Shown: positions 28,065-38,814, counted from the first letter of the stretch. The stretch is 64,000 nt of DNA from an uncultured Spirochaetota bacterium (GCA_963768055.1 CAVYGN010000002.1:992001-1056000); one strand, 5' to 3'. Numbers and translations are program-made. Notes: generated by a model from the sequence alone, not told the origin.

Positions 28065-30623
28065 ATGAAGAAGAACAAATCTCTTGAAATAAAAAAGGGC
28101 CCGAATTGGCCGATCTATGTCGGCGTATTCCTTGTGTCCCTTTCCATTCTTTGCCTGGAGGTTATATTAAACAGGATGTTTTCCCTGACTTTCTGGTATC
28201 ACTTCGGTTTTATCATATTGTCGGTTGCACTGTTCGGTATAGGCTTCGGAGGGTTACTTGTCTTCTTCACAAACCGCTATTTGAAAAATTTCGCAATTAT
28301 TACCCTGGTCGCGGTCTCCGTTTGTCTGGCAGCGTCGATCCCATTCGCCCTTTTAGAGATCAACAGGATACCGCTTGAAATGAATGTTATGTCCGAATAT
28401 CCCATTCATAATAATTATACTTCTAAACTGTCGGCTGTTATCGAAAAGTCGGGTATTACCGATGGAGAGAAGACCAGCCTGAAAAGTATTTTAAAACAAA
28501 TCATACAGCCGCCCATCGATGCAGGTCAAATAACCAATCTCCGGAACGAGATATCCAAATCGTCCTTTACGAAAAGTCAGAAGTCCGTCCTCTACAAGCT
28601 GGTGAACCAGAACTCGCAGAAGGAATATTTCACCCTATTTCTCATGATACTACTTATACCCTTCATATTCGCGGGGTATATATTTTCTTTCATGTTTACC
28701 AATTTCAAGGAACATATCAACACGATCTACTTTTTCGATCTTGTCGGCGGGGGTATAGGCTGTTTTTTCGCGCTTATGATATTTCCCCATAACGGGCCTC
28801 TTGTCGTTTCTTTTATTATTTCCATCATTGTGATCATAGCAGCAGCGATTTTTGCCTTCGAGAGGCATTTTATCTTTGCTGTAGCTGTGGCCCTCCTCGC
28901 AGTCGCCGATTTCTATTATATTTATCCGCTTGTTAAAAACACGGAGGTTAGGGTAAGTGAAGAGAAAAGGAATGTAAACTCTTATAAAGATAAAATCCAG
29001 TCTGATTGGGATAATTTCGGTTATGTGGCCGTCCACAGAAGGACCCCGGAAACATGGGTCTTCACGGTTGATTATTCATGTTTTACATACCTCTATCATG
29101 TTACGCAGACCAATGACCTCTCGATGTTTAAAACTGTCCTGCGGACCCAGTATTATCCCTATGTAATTAAGAAGGATCCCGCGAATGTAGGTATTGTCGG
29201 GGTCGGTGCCGGAAAGGATATTATCCTTGCCCTTGCAGCCGGAGCGAAAAATGTCAATGGAGCGGAGTTTAACAGCACGATCTATAACCTATTCAACAAT
29301 GTTTACAGTAAAAGACTGGGAGATATCGGGCACAGGACAAACGTTCACATAGAATTCCAGGAGGGGCGGTTCTTTATCCGCTCGTCAGAGAAAAAATACG
29401 ATGTACTTGTTTTCGACAACTCGATCTCCCAGGTGGCAGTATCTTCCGGTTCTTTCACACTTGCTGAAAGCTACCTTTTCACTGTCGAGGGGATGATCGA
29501 CTATATTACCCACCTGAAAACTGACGGGATCTTATATCTTTCCAATCCTTATGTTGACGGGCCGAGATTTGTAACGGTGCTCCGGGAGGCTTTCAGGAGA
29601 CTGGGTAAAGATAAGGATTTCGATAGAAGCATCATTATTTTTAACGAACCGGGAGATTATCATAAATGCAAGATCCTCGTTAAGAACGGGATATTCACGG
29701 AAAATGAAACAGCGCTGCTTGCCGCTTACGGCAAATCTATCGGCCAGGGATTAATATATTCTCCATATGCCAAGACAGGCAGCAAGGAAGAAAAACTGGT
29801 AAGATCCGATAATATATTAAGGGAATACTTTCTTTCCGACACCGATATACGGCCTTCAACGGACGACTGGCCGTTTTTTTCCCAGCGTGTTAAACCTGAA
29901 AACACTTCATTGACCAAGGGCGACAACGCCGTTAGTTTTTTCTATCCCCAGCCGTTTTTCCTGCTCAGGGAAGTCACAAGCCAGGTTGTGTTTTATTGCG
30001 CCCTTTTCCTGGTTGTTCCGTTGATTTTCTTAAACCTGAAGGGCCTGAGAAAGCTTCCGCATAAATTCGGGAGCATTATTTATTTCTCATCGCTGGGCCT
30101 GGGATTCATGCTCATAGAGATAGTAATGATGCAGAAATACACCCTTTTGCTCGGACACCCTATTTTCGCCTTCGCCGTGGTGCTTTCATCTCTTTTAATC
30201 AGTTCAGGACTGGGAAGCATGTTCAGCCAGAGGTTTAAAAATCCCTATAAAGCGATCTGGGTGGCCCTTGGAGGGATAGCCTTGACAATGATTTTCTCTT
30301 ACGGCTTTGTTTTTTTACTGGGAACAACAATGATCGGGTGGCCTCTTATTGTCAGGATGATGATAATTATCGTCCTGATTGCGGCGTCGGGATTTTTTAT
30401 GGGGTTTATGATGCCTTCGGGAATCAGGGCAATCTCGGAGAACGAAGAGGGCAGTTCTATACCCTGGATGTGGTCTGTAAATGGAGTATTCTCTGTCCTG
30501 GCGAGTTTTGTAGCAATATATGTCTCGATCATTTTCGGATATACCCTGGTCTTCGTACTAGGGCTTGCCGTTTATGCCATAGGCACCGCCGCGTTTTCGA
30601 TAAGGATGAAATTAAGGAATTGA
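28065..30623 (+). CDS. Polytopic membrane protein with central spermidine-synthase-like SAM-binding domain
   Basis: LEVILNR...SVALFGIGFGG, YFFDLVGGG, VGVGAGKD, EGRFFIR, STDDWPFF, WMWSVNG. Confidence 0.8.
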   Translation: MKKNKSLEIKKGPNWPIYVGVFLVSLSILCLEVILNRMFSLTFWYHFGFIILSVALFGIGFGGLLVFFTNRYLKNFAIITLVAVSVCLAASIPFALLEINRIPLEMNVMSEYPIHNNYTSKLSAVIEKSGITDGEKTSLKSILKQIIQPPIDAGQITNLRNEISKSSFTKSQKSVLYKLVNQNSQKEYFTLFLMILLIPFIFAGYIFSFMFTNFKEHINTIYFFDLVGGGIGCFFALMIFPHNGPLVVSFIISIIVIIAAAIFAFERHFIFAVAVALLAVADFYYIYPLVKNTEVRVSEEKRNVNSYKDKIQSDWDNFGYVAVHRRTPETWVFTVDYSCFTYLYHVTQTNDLSMFKTVLRTQYYPYVIKKDPANVGIVGVGAGKDIILALAAGAKNVNGAEFNSTIYNLFNNVYSKRLGDIGHRTNVHIEFQEGRFFIRSSEKKYDVLVFDNSISQVAVSSGSFTLAESYLFTVEGMIDYITHLKTDGILYLSNPYVDGPRFVTVLREAFRRLGKDKDFDRSIIIFNEPGDYHKCKILVKNGIFTENETALLAAYGKSIGQGLIYSPYAKTGSKEEKLVRSDNILREYFLSDTDIRPSTDDWPFFSQRVKPENTSLTKGDNAVSFFYPQPFFLLREVTSQVVFYCALFLVVPLIFLNLKGLRKLPHKFGSIIYFSSLGLGFMLIEIVMMQKYTLLLGHPIFAFAVVLSSLLISSGLGSMFSQRFKNPYKAIWVALGGIALTMIFSYGFVFLLGTTMIGWPLIVRMMIIIVLIAASGFFMGFMMPSGIRAISENEEGSSIPWMWSVNGVFSVLASFVAIYVSIIFGYTLVFVLGLAVYAIGTAAFSIRMKLRN

Positions 30624-31481
30624 CCGGGCTCCGAATATGGTGATAAGATTGGAATAAAGGCCCGGGCTTTTCCAGAAATCCCAGTTATGAGAAAAACCAT
30701 TACCGATCGCCGTTTCGTCTATGACGTCGATATTGGTTAAATGTGAGTTTATCAGGATCTCAGCCTGGGGCCGGAATATGGAATTTTCCTCCGAGAAAAC
30801 ATAGACCGTTGTCTTTTTCATTGTTTTTAATATTTCAAGGGGATTTTCACTTTTCCATTGGTTGTTTTGCCTATCGAAAATCTTTTCATGTATTTTATAT
30901 TCCCCGCTTGACGGCGATAAACTGTAATAATCGAAGGTGCCTGAAAGGCAAACTACGGATCTCACACCGTTAACGAGCGACGCTAGCTTAACGGCCCCCT
31001 CCGAGCCCGTAGAAATTCCTGTGAATATTAACCCTTCCGGCGGTAATTTCTTTTTAAAATAAAGAACAATTTCGGAAAGGACCTTAATGTCCGAAACAGT
31101 TTCATTGGAGGCAGGGACCAGCGGATAAATTGTACTCCCCATGTCCGGGATAAAAAAGATGTCATGATCGAAACACGAGACCTGCTGCAGATTCCAATTT
31201 TTAGCGATAATTCCGGGGTCCTGAAAATAAGGGTCGCCTTCAGGTTTGTAGCCATGCAGGATCCAGACTTCATTTCTTATATTCCTCTCTTCGTAATTTA
31301 TGATTATTAGCGGAATTTTCCTCACGAAAACTCCGCTTCCGTATGTTGCTGTAAAATAATAAATGTTATCGCTTTGCGATGTTATAAATGCGGATATCGA
31401 CACCGCCGGCTGGCAGGAGCAGGAAGAAACGGCTGCTCCTGAAAGGATAATGCAAAAGGATAATAAAATAATTGCTTTCAT
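30612..31481 (-). CDS. Exported alpha/beta-hydrolase (esterase-like), possible lipoprotein
   Basis: LHG, GISTG nucleophile elbow, HNWDFW. Confidence 0.7.
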   Translation of the reverse strand: MKAIILLSFCIILSGAAVSSCSCQPAVSISAFITSQSDNIYYFTATYGSGVFVRKIPLIIINYEERNIRNEVWILHGYKPEGDPYFQDPGIIAKNWNLQQVSCFDHDIFFIPDMGSTIYPLVPASNETVSDIKVLSEIVLYFKKKLPPEGLIFTGISTGSEGAVKLASLVNGVRSVVCLSGTFDYYSLSPSSGEYKIHEKIFDRQNNQWKSENPLEILKTMKKTTVYVFSEENSIFRPQAEILINSHLTNIDVIDETAIGNGFSHNWDFWKSPGLYSNLITIFGARSIP

Positions 31482-31517
31482 ATAGGCTCCTATAATAATC
31501 GATAAATTAAAAATTAT

Positions 31518-31689
31518 AAAGTTTAGGTCCTGAAAATTTTTATCCTCTGAAAATCTTCTGTCAACCTTGAGCCGCAGGCTCAGGGTTGGCGGAAGTTTTC
31601 CTTACAGGACTTTAGAAAAAGAAATTTGTCCTTTTGCCGCCCCATTTACTATTATTGTTTGTTTGAATAATTATTAAAGGCGGTGGCGG
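31518..31689 (+). promoter_or_regulatory. Structured 5' leader of mntH (candidate cis-regulatory RNA)
   Basis: ~23-bp hairpin 31550-31599 with G-U pairs, enclosing helix GTCCTG/CAGGAC, anti-SD GCCGCC. Confidence 0.5.
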
Positions 31690-32979
31690 ATGGCTGGCCC
31701 TAAAAAAATGGATAAGGGTGTAATCAGCGAGGCCGAGGCAATACTTTCAAGTTCCGGTAAAAAATATGGCCTTTCAAAGATCCTTCCATTTTTAGGGCCG
31801 GCCTTTATTGCCAGCATCGCTTATATGGACCCCGGGAATTTTGCCACAAATATCCAGGGGGGGTCAGAATTCGGCTATACCCTTATCTGGGTCATTGCGG
31901 CTTCTAACCTTGCTGCTATGCTTATCCAGGTATTATCGGCGAAACTGGGCATCGCGACCGGCATGAACCTTGCGGAGTTGTGCAGGAAAAAACTGAGTTA
32001 CCCTGCTGTTTTTACTATGTGGATCATTATGGAAATTGTGGCCATGGCGACCGATCTTGCCGAATTCGTCGGAGCTGCTGTCGGCTTCAACCTGCTTCTC
32101 GGGATTCCCCTGGGCATGGCGGGCATACTGACGGCAGTAATTACATTTCTTATCCTTGCCCTGGAAACTTACGGATTCAGGCCGCTGGAGGCCGTAATTA
32201 CCTCTCTTGTCGGGGTCATAGCGGTAAGTTATCTTGTGGAAACAATTTTAAGCCCGCCTGACTGGAGGTTGGTGGCTTATAATACATTAATTCCGCAGTT
32301 TAAAGGCAAGGAGAGCATTGTCCTCGCGGTGGGAATTCTAGGTGCGACGGTAATGCCGCATGTGATCTTTTTACATTCCTCGCTGACCCAGGGAAGGATT
32401 GTTACAAGGGACGCGGTCAAGCTTAAAAGGCTTTTCCATTTCGAACTGATCGACGTTGCTGTAGCTATGGGCATAGCAGGCCTGATAAACGCCGCCATGC
32501 TTATCATGGCGGCATCGACCTTCTATAAAAACGGTTTAAACACCGTGGCTACAATTCAGGACGCATACAAGACCCTTATCCCTCTTCTCGGGCCGGCTGC
32601 AGCTGTTATTTTCGCCATCTCCCTGCTCGCTTCCGGCATTTCTTCCTCTTCGGTGGGAACAATGGCGGGGCAGATAGTCATGCAGGGATTTATCAGGAAA
32701 AAAATACCGGTCTGGATCAGGAGGATCATAACGGTAATTCCCTCCATGGTCGTTTTACTTGCGGGCCTGGATGCGACGAGGACGCTTGTTTACAGCCAGG
32801 TCGCTCTCGGCATGGGGCTGCCTTTCGCGGTTATTCCGCTTATCTGGTTTACCGGCAGCAGGAAGATAATGGGAGGGCTTGTCAACCGTCTTTATACGAA
32901 TATCATGGCCTATTCTGCCGCGCTTTTTATACTTGCTCTCAATGTTTATTTAATATATCAGACAATTTTCGGAGGATAA
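31690..32979 (+). CDS. mntH: Nramp-family Mn2+/Fe2+ transporter
   Basis: AYMDPGNFATN, ATDLAE, GATVMPH, GTMAGQIVMQGF. Confidence 0.95.
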   Translation: MAGPKKMDKGVISEAEAILSSSGKKYGLSKILPFLGPAFIASIAYMDPGNFATNIQGGSEFGYTLIWVIAASNLAAMLIQVLSAKLGIATGMNLAELCRKKLSYPAVFTMWIIMEIVAMATDLAEFVGAAVGFNLLLGIPLGMAGILTAVITFLILALETYGFRPLEAVITSLVGVIAVSYLVETILSPPDWRLVAYNTLIPQFKGKESIVLAVGILGATVMPHVIFLHSSLTQGRIVTRDAVKLKRLFHFELIDVAVAMGIAGLINAAMLIMAASTFYKNGLNTVATIQDAYKTLIPLLGPAAAVIFAISLLASGISSSSVGTMAGQIVMQGFIRKKIPVWIRRIITVIPSMVVLLAGLDATRTLVYSQVALGMGLPFAVIPLIWFTGSRKIMGGLVNRLYTNIMAYSAALFILALNVYLIYQTIFGG

Positions 32980-32980
32980 G

Positions 32981-33883
32981 ATGTACAATAGCATACTTAT
33001 ACCGCTGGACGGTTCTTCATATTCCGAAGCGGCTGTACCGTTTTCAATTTTCCTGGCCGGGAAGCTTGATGCCAGGGTCACACTACTGCATGTTATCGAA
33101 AAAAGCCCGCCGAAAAGCGTGCATGGGGAGCATCACCTTGCCGGCTACGAAGAAGCCTCCGCTTACCTGGAAAATTTAAAGAAAAAGTTTTACCAGTCCG
33201 GTATAAAAGTTGATTATCATATACACGCAGGAGATGAAATAAGCGTCGACAGGGCCATAGCTATGCATAATGAAGAGATCTCAGCCGATATCATTTTAAT
33301 GACAACACATGGATGGGGGGGGCTTAAAGAAATATTTTTCGGCAATATCGCCCAGCAGATCTTAAACATCGGTACAATGCCGGTCCTTTTCATCCCCCCT
33401 GTTTTTAAAGCCCTTCCCCAGGGAGCAAAATGGCCCCTTAAGATACTGCTGCCCCTCGACGGTACCAGCGTTCATGAAAAAGGCCACGAAGCGGCCGCGG
33501 CAATAGCGAAATCATGCGGATCTGAATTATATCTAGCGTTTGTAATTCCGACATTAAACACCCTTCCGGCGGAACAGACCGCGGTAGGAGTATTGCTGCC
33601 TGGCGCTACCAGGGAAGTCCTCGAAATACAGGAAAATGATGCACAAGATTATTTACAAAAGAAAAAAGAAGAATTCCAGGCCAAGGGTCTCACAGTAAAA
33701 ACAGAGATCTGCCGGGGCGATCCGGCCCTGGGCATCAACAGGATAGCAAATGAATACGATATCGACCTGATAGTGCTCGGAACACATGGCAGGGCGGGAT
33801 TATCGGCATTCTGGGCCGGCAGCATAGGCGCAAGGATCACTAACAGGGCGAGGGCGGCGATATTGTTTGTGCCGATAAATTAG
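32981..33883 (+). CDS. Tandem universal stress protein
   Basis: Two ILxPLDG...THG...G domains. Confidence 0.9.
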   Translation: MYNSILIPLDGSSYSEAAVPFSIFLAGKLDARVTLLHVIEKSPPKSVHGEHHLAGYEEASAYLENLKKKFYQSGIKVDYHIHAGDEISVDRAIAMHNEEISADIILMTTHGWGGLKEIFFGNIAQQILNIGTMPVLFIPPVFKALPQGAKWPLKILLPLDGTSVHEKGHEAAAAIAKSCGSELYLAFVIPTLNTLPAEQTAVGVLLPGATREVLEIQENDAQDYLQKKKEEFQAKGLTVKTEICRGDPALGINRIANEYDIDLIVLGTHGRAGLSAFWAGSIGARITNRARAAILFVPIN

Positions 33884-33976
33884 GGATCACACAAAGACGC
33901 CAAGGACTTATACTGTAAAGACGTAGTTGGGATAAACTGTCCGCTAAGTCATGCGAAGGGTGATACGGGGGAAATT

Positions 33977-34003
33977 TTCACAGGGAGAAACGGAGAAGTG
34001 GAG
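33977..34003 (+). repeat. Left arm of 27-bp inverted repeat pair (partner 39066..39092)
   Basis: TTCACAGGGAGAAACGGAGAAGTGGAG; 25/27 match to the reverse complement of the partner. Confidence 0.75.
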
Positions 34004-34816
34004 AAAAACCTTTTTATGCAATGTTTTCACATGTGTAAATTTTCTAAAATAATCCTCTCTTATTTTCATGAATTTTGACAATAAATATTTAATTCTTTAA
34101 CATTACGCCATAATATTTTGTAGGGTTTTACTTTATCAAAATTGTCTTTATTGAGTACAGGAGTATTAAGTACCAGGTGAAATATTTATCTATTCTTTTT
34201 ATTGATATTTAAATTTTGTGCGGCATATTATAAGGAATATTTTTTAGCTATAATCTGCTGAACAATACTTTCGAGGTAAATATGAAACTAGTTTATTATT
34301 TCATTTCCTTATTCTTTATATTAATTCCAATTACATATGCATATGAACTTACATGTTAACAATACAAACTATACAAATAATTTACAACTTTGTGTAGGTT
34401 TTGAATATATGCATGGTTATGCACTTTATGAAATCGAATTTAATAACCCTATTGTAACAACGCCAAGAAGTGAATTAAAATATCCGGTAAACTTATTTTT
34501 ATTGACTGCTTCTCTTTCCTGGAATTTAAGTGATGAAACAAAACTTCAAATTATCTTAAAGGGTAGTATATCCACAAACACTGGAATATTTGAAGACTAT
34601 GATTGGGGTATTTATTATTATGATTTTCAGGAATCCTGGGCAAGTCCCACCTCTCTTGATTGTTATTCAACAGCTGAAACAACATTGGGATTTTATTCAA
34701 TCGAAGGTTCATTAATTGTCGAGGACCGGGTAGATTCCCCAGTGGCAGGGGCATGAGATTCCCCACCTTTTCCTGAAAAATACCGTTCTTGATTTTAGAG
34801 AGAAATCATAAAACTT

Positions 34817-35563
34817 TCAAATAGTTTTCCCTTCCTTCCGGAAAGATTTTCCATCTTTGGATTTTACCAGGATTTTAATTGAGCCTGAAACAAGGCGGTC
34901 AAGCATAGCCCCTCCAATCACAGGATCAGGGAAGATTGCCAGCCAGTCCTCCGGAGGCCGGTTGCTTGTCAGAATAATGGACCTGTTTCCAAGCCTTTCA
35001 TCGACAATCCGGTATAGGTATTCCGTTTCTTCATTGTCGAGTTTTTTAAATCCGAAATCGTCTATTATCAGGAGGTCTGTTTTAATACACTTTCTGAATA
35101 GAGTATTCTTAAACATAAGCTTTTCGCTTTTCAAGTCTTCAAGAAGAACCGCGGCTTTCTTGAAAAGAACTGTGTTTCCTCTTCTGCAGGCCTCATGGCC
35201 GACTGATTTTGCAATGCATGTTTTACCTATGCCGGGAGGCCCGGCGATGACAACAAACTGTCTCATATCCATGAAACGGCAGGACGCGATTTCACGAATA
35301 AGCCTTGAAGGGATAGCGCTCTCATTGAAATTAAAATCAAACCCCTCGAAAGTGTTTTCCTGGCCGAACTTCGCTTCTCTCAGCCTCTTTTTGAGCATGT
35401 TATTATCCCTCTGGCATAATTCATCCTGAACTAACAAAGAGAAAAATTCTCCATAGTCCAGGTTTGATTCTTGAGCCTCCCTGATCCGCATAGGAAGGTT
35501 GAATAGCATCCCAGGAAGCTTTAACCTCCTTAAGTTTGCCTCAAGCTGATTCTGATGTTCCAT
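34817..35563 (-). CDS. istB: IS21 helper ATPase
   Basis: GPPGIGKT, LLIIDDFG, TSNR, AMLDRL. Confidence 0.95.
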   Translation of the reverse strand: MEHQNQLEANLRRLKLPGMLFNLPMRIREAQESNLDYGEFFSLLVQDELCQRDNNMLKKRLREAKFGQENTFEGFDFNFNESAIPSRLIREIASCRFMDMRQFVVIAGPPGIGKTCIAKSVGHEACRRGNTVLFKKAAVLLEDLKSEKLMFKNTLFRKCIKTDLLIIDDFGFKKLDNEETEYLYRIVDERLGNRSIILTSNRPPEDWLAIFPDPVIGGAMLDRLVSGSIKILVKSKDGKSFRKEGKTI

Positions 35564-35581
35564 ATTTCCTCCTCATTATCT

Positions 35582-37123
35582 CTATTGAAAGTAATAGCTG
35601 CCGTCCCTGGTCATTTCAGACCCTTCTTCTGAAATTTCAAACAGGGTGTCCTGTTTATCCTTTCCTTCATTTTCCATCCAGCTTTTGAATAGTTTGGGAT
35701 CGGTTATTTTTGCCGATATTGCTCTTTCACAGACTTTATTAAAGTATTCTTCTTTCGAGAATGTTTCCATTACACTTAAGAACCCCAGGGCCCTCCGGCA
35801 ATTCAGATTAGCATGAACAGCAAGGATTTGAAAGATCAACTGGTATGCGGCTTCTCCGTATTTCCTCGACTGGTCTAATAAATACTTGGGGTATCCCCCG
35901 GATAGCATCTCCCTTGTATTCTCCGGAAAATCAGTCTTTTCATATGCTGCATGTCCTCTTGGTACGACAAATTCCCGGATAAGTTTGTACTGGAAGAAGA
36001 TCTTCACTAAATTGCCGGTTCTCCTGACAAAGACTTCCTCTCCACGATACCTGGGAGGCAGGGAATACCTCTTTTTCTCGAACTGGACAAATTGGTCCGG
36101 GTGTACCTTGGCCTTTTTCCATACGGGAGTCTTAAACCTTTCTTCAGGAAGCTTCTTAAGCAGGGGCTTCTCTATCGTTTCAAATACCTCTATTGGTTTC
36201 AAACCTGTTGTTCCATGGTTCCTCATCCCGTATTCATACCTGCACCATTCCAGAGCTTTGATGTTTAATTCCTTTAACGAGGCTCCGGGATTAAGGGCTT
36301 TAAGTTTTCTGAAAAGCTCTCTGGCAACAGGGACCATTCTCTCTATCTTGGCTTTATCCTTTGGTTTCCTTACCCTGCAAGGATCAAGAAAAGTATTGTA
36401 ATACTCCGCATAATCAGCATATGCCTGATTATATTTAGGATCGTAAAGGTCCGGTGATATGATGCCGGTTTTCAGATTGTCCAGGGATATTCTTACAGGC
36501 ACACCGCCGTAAAACTCCAGCATATCCACATTGCTTTCAACGAATGATTCCTGGTTTTGTGAATAGACATATTGAACAAATGGCAGCCTTGAACTCGACA
36601 TTATTCCGATAAAAGACTGCACGATCTTGTTGTGCCCCAGGTATTCCATTGTGCCGGCCCTGCCGTAGTCAAGCTGGATCTCCTGACCAGGGTTAGTTTC
36701 AATCCGGATGGTTTCCTTTAATTCTTTAGCTGTAAGGCCGCTCTTTATCGAGAATCTCTTGAAACTTGTATAGCTTATGTCCAGATTATGCCTTATACAG
36801 ACAACTTCAAAGGCTGTCTTGGGTTTCATTCCGTTTTTCGGGTCATTTATGAGCCCGTACAGCTCATCTTTATATCGTTCAAGTATGCTTGCCTTATTTT
36901 CATTTTTTGGAGGCCCTACAAAGGGGCGTTTCAGATGGAATTCTTCCCGGCTTATTGTTTCTCCCGCCTTTTCAAAGCCGTAATCGATAATTTTTTGAAT
37001 CGCTAGTCGGACTGTTTTCCTATCCCTGTTTTCCTGTTCGGAAATTTCACTTATGCTTTGATCGGCTTTCCATCGTCTGTAAATGTCATAGTAATCCTGT
37101 TCGTTCATAAATCTGTACCCCAT
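35582..37123 (-). CDS. istA: IS21 DDE transposase
   Basis: N-terminal HTH, PGQEIQLDYG, GGVP..ISLDNLK, PKDKAKIER, HGTTG. Confidence 0.95.
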   Translation of the reverse strand: MGYRFMNEQDYYDIYRRWKADQSISEISEQENRDRKTVRLAIQKIIDYGFEKAGETISREEFHLKRPFVGPPKNENKASILERYKDELYGLINDPKNGMKPKTAFEVVCIRHNLDISYTSFKRFSIKSGLTAKELKETIRIETNPGQEIQLDYGRAGTMEYLGHNKIVQSFIGIMSSSRLPFVQYVYSQNQESFVESNVDMLEFYGGVPVRISLDNLKTGIISPDLYDPKYNQAYADYAEYYNTFLDPCRVRKPKDKAKIERMVPVARELFRKLKALNPGASLKELNIKALEWCRYEYGMRNHGTTGLKPIEVFETIEKPLLKKLPEERFKTPVWKKAKVHPDQFVQFEKKRYSLPPRYRGEEVFVRRTGNLVKIFFQYKLIREFVVPRGHAAYEKTDFPENTREMLSGGYPKYLLDQSRKYGEAAYQLIFQILAVHANLNCRRALGFLSVMETFSKEEYFNKVCERAISAKITDPKLFKSWMENEGKDKQDTLFEISEEGSEMTRDGSYYFQ

Positions 37124-37908
37124 CCATTCCCCTCCGGTTTTTTCCGGAGAGTATGTTTGATTTTTTAGATTCTGAACAGGAAAAGGTGGGTGGGGAATCT
37201 CATGGCCCTATTTTGCCTTTTTACTGGGGAATCTGGGTGGCCCCGGACACATTAATCAACAAATTTGCTTCCTGGAACGATTTTGAATTCTCAAGAAGCC
37301 TTGGATTGATATGTCAATATTACAACTATAATGTTTATAATGACAATGAATCATTTCCTTCAAAGGGAATATATGGTTCAAATGCAATAAATCTTGTCCC
37401 GAATTATGACTTTTCCAGCGGTTTAGGTCTTACTTACCTTCTACAGGAATATATGCCTTATGCGTCATTTATTATCGATTACAATTCACTAAATTTTAAA
37501 ATTAATAGCCTGTTGGGGATTTCACCGGTTTTTTGTTTCGGAACTGACACTCATTATATTAATAATCAAAATGGTGTACCGCAATTGGAAGTTTTCATGC
37601 CGAGTTTTGGGTTAGGTATAATTTCAAGGCTTAGCATCTCGTATTACTTTAGCAGTAATTTTTTTATTAAGCTCAATTTAGAATCTATATATGTATTAAG
37701 CTATGGTTATGATTTTAATAATCAGAATAGCTCCAACATCGAATCTACCAGTCAGGAAAGCCTGCAATTTAATGCGGGAATAAATATAGGAGTCGTATTT
37801 TAATATTTCCAAAACAATTTTGAAACGGTTTTTATTAACTACGATAAATTTCCTAGAATAGTATAAAACGATAAAAATAATTATATAAATAAATTCAATA
37901 TATTTCCT

Positions 37909-38814
37909 CTATAATTCAAAATAGTCATTATCTATTTTTTTAATTTCATACGAATTTACCAATGCAGTGCCAATATTATGTTCAATCATTAATTTACTCA
38001 TTTCCATACCATCGATTAATATTATATTTGCGTCAATTTTTAACACATATTCTTTTGCATCTTTTGTAAAACCTGATGTTGTTATAAAAATTCCTTTTTT
38101 AGCTTTTTTACCTAACAAAGCCCCGGCGAATTTTTGTATTTCAGGCCGTCCAACTACATTATCCCATTTTTTAGCTTGTACATATATTACATCTAAACCC
38201 AATTTATCTTCTTTAATTACACCATCAATTCCTTCATCTCCACTTTTTCCTACTACTTGGCCTGCTTCTTTTAAAGAACCTCCATAACCCATTTTTACTA
38301 ATAAATCCACAACAATTAACTCGAATTTTTTTGAAGTAACGTTCATTAATTTTTCAACCAGTTCTTGTGATAAAGAATTTTTAATTTTTTCATAAGCATA
38401 TTCAATTGATTCTTCCGGGGTTATTGAATCAATGAAATTTGAATCTTCGTAAATTTCTTCTTTATCATTTTTTGAATTTTGAAACTCGTTAAATTCATCA
38501 AACTTTTTTAGATAATCACTATCAATAATTTTAGGATTTTCTTTTAAAACAATTAATCCTCTTTTTGATATTTTAAAAATTGATCTTCCGACCTTTTCAA
38601 GTAATCCCGCTTTAGTTAAATAAGTTTTTGCCCACCCAATTCTATTGTGAAAAGTTGATTGCGTCCCGGAAGGTAGCATTTCGTTTAAATCTTCTTCTGA
38701 TAGTTTAAAATTTATTGATAAATGTTGTCTTACTTCGTTTAAATCATGTTCCTTATTATCAGAAGCAAATTGTAATATAGGAAGCATAAATTCAAAATAT
38801 TTTGGAACAGACAT
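37909..38814 (-). CDS. mrr: Mrr-family type IV restriction endonuclease
   Basis: Mrr_N (NRIGWAKTYL) plus catalytic GDEGIDG...YVQAKKW...FITTS; visibly AT-rich. Confidence 0.93.
   Translation of the reverse strand: MSVPKYFEFMLPILQFASDNKEHDLNEVRQHLSINFKLSEEDLNEMLPSGTQSTFHNRIGWAKTYLTKAGLLEKVGRSIFKISKRGLIVLKENPKIIDSDYLKKFDEFNEFQNSKNDKEEIYEDSNFIDSITPEESIEYAYEKIKNSLSQELVEKLMNVTSKKFELIVVDLLVKMGYGGSLKEAGQVVGKSGDEGIDGVIKEDKLGLDVIYVQAKKWDNVVGRPEIQKFAGALLGKKAKKGIFITTSGFTKDAKEYVLKIDANIILIDGMEMSKLMIEHNIGTALVNSYEIKKIDNDYFEL

Larger units (their letters stand above)
34717..37249 (-). mobile_element. IS21-family insertion sequence, 2533 bp
   Basis: TGTC...GACA ends, imperfect IRs sharing AGATTCCCCAGT, subterminal GATTCCCCA repeats, 7-bp target duplication CATTAAT (34710-34716, 37250-37256). 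Confidence 0.95.
34282..37803 (+). pseudogene. Omptin-family outer-membrane protease-like gene, interrupted by IS21 and frameshifted near the 5' end
   Basis: Signal peptide from ATG 34282; SELKYP, EDYDW, DTHY, terminal Phe; halves rejoin in frame (EGSL-I-NKF) after removing the IS and one TSD copy. Confidence 0.75.

Noticed and set aside
34337..34756. Independent 139-aa gene
   Set aside because: It is the 5' fragment of the same pseudogene reading into the IS end.
37153..37803. Independent 216-aa gene
   Set aside because: The first ~32 codons are IS21 terminal sequence; the rest is the 3' half of the interrupted omptin-like gene.
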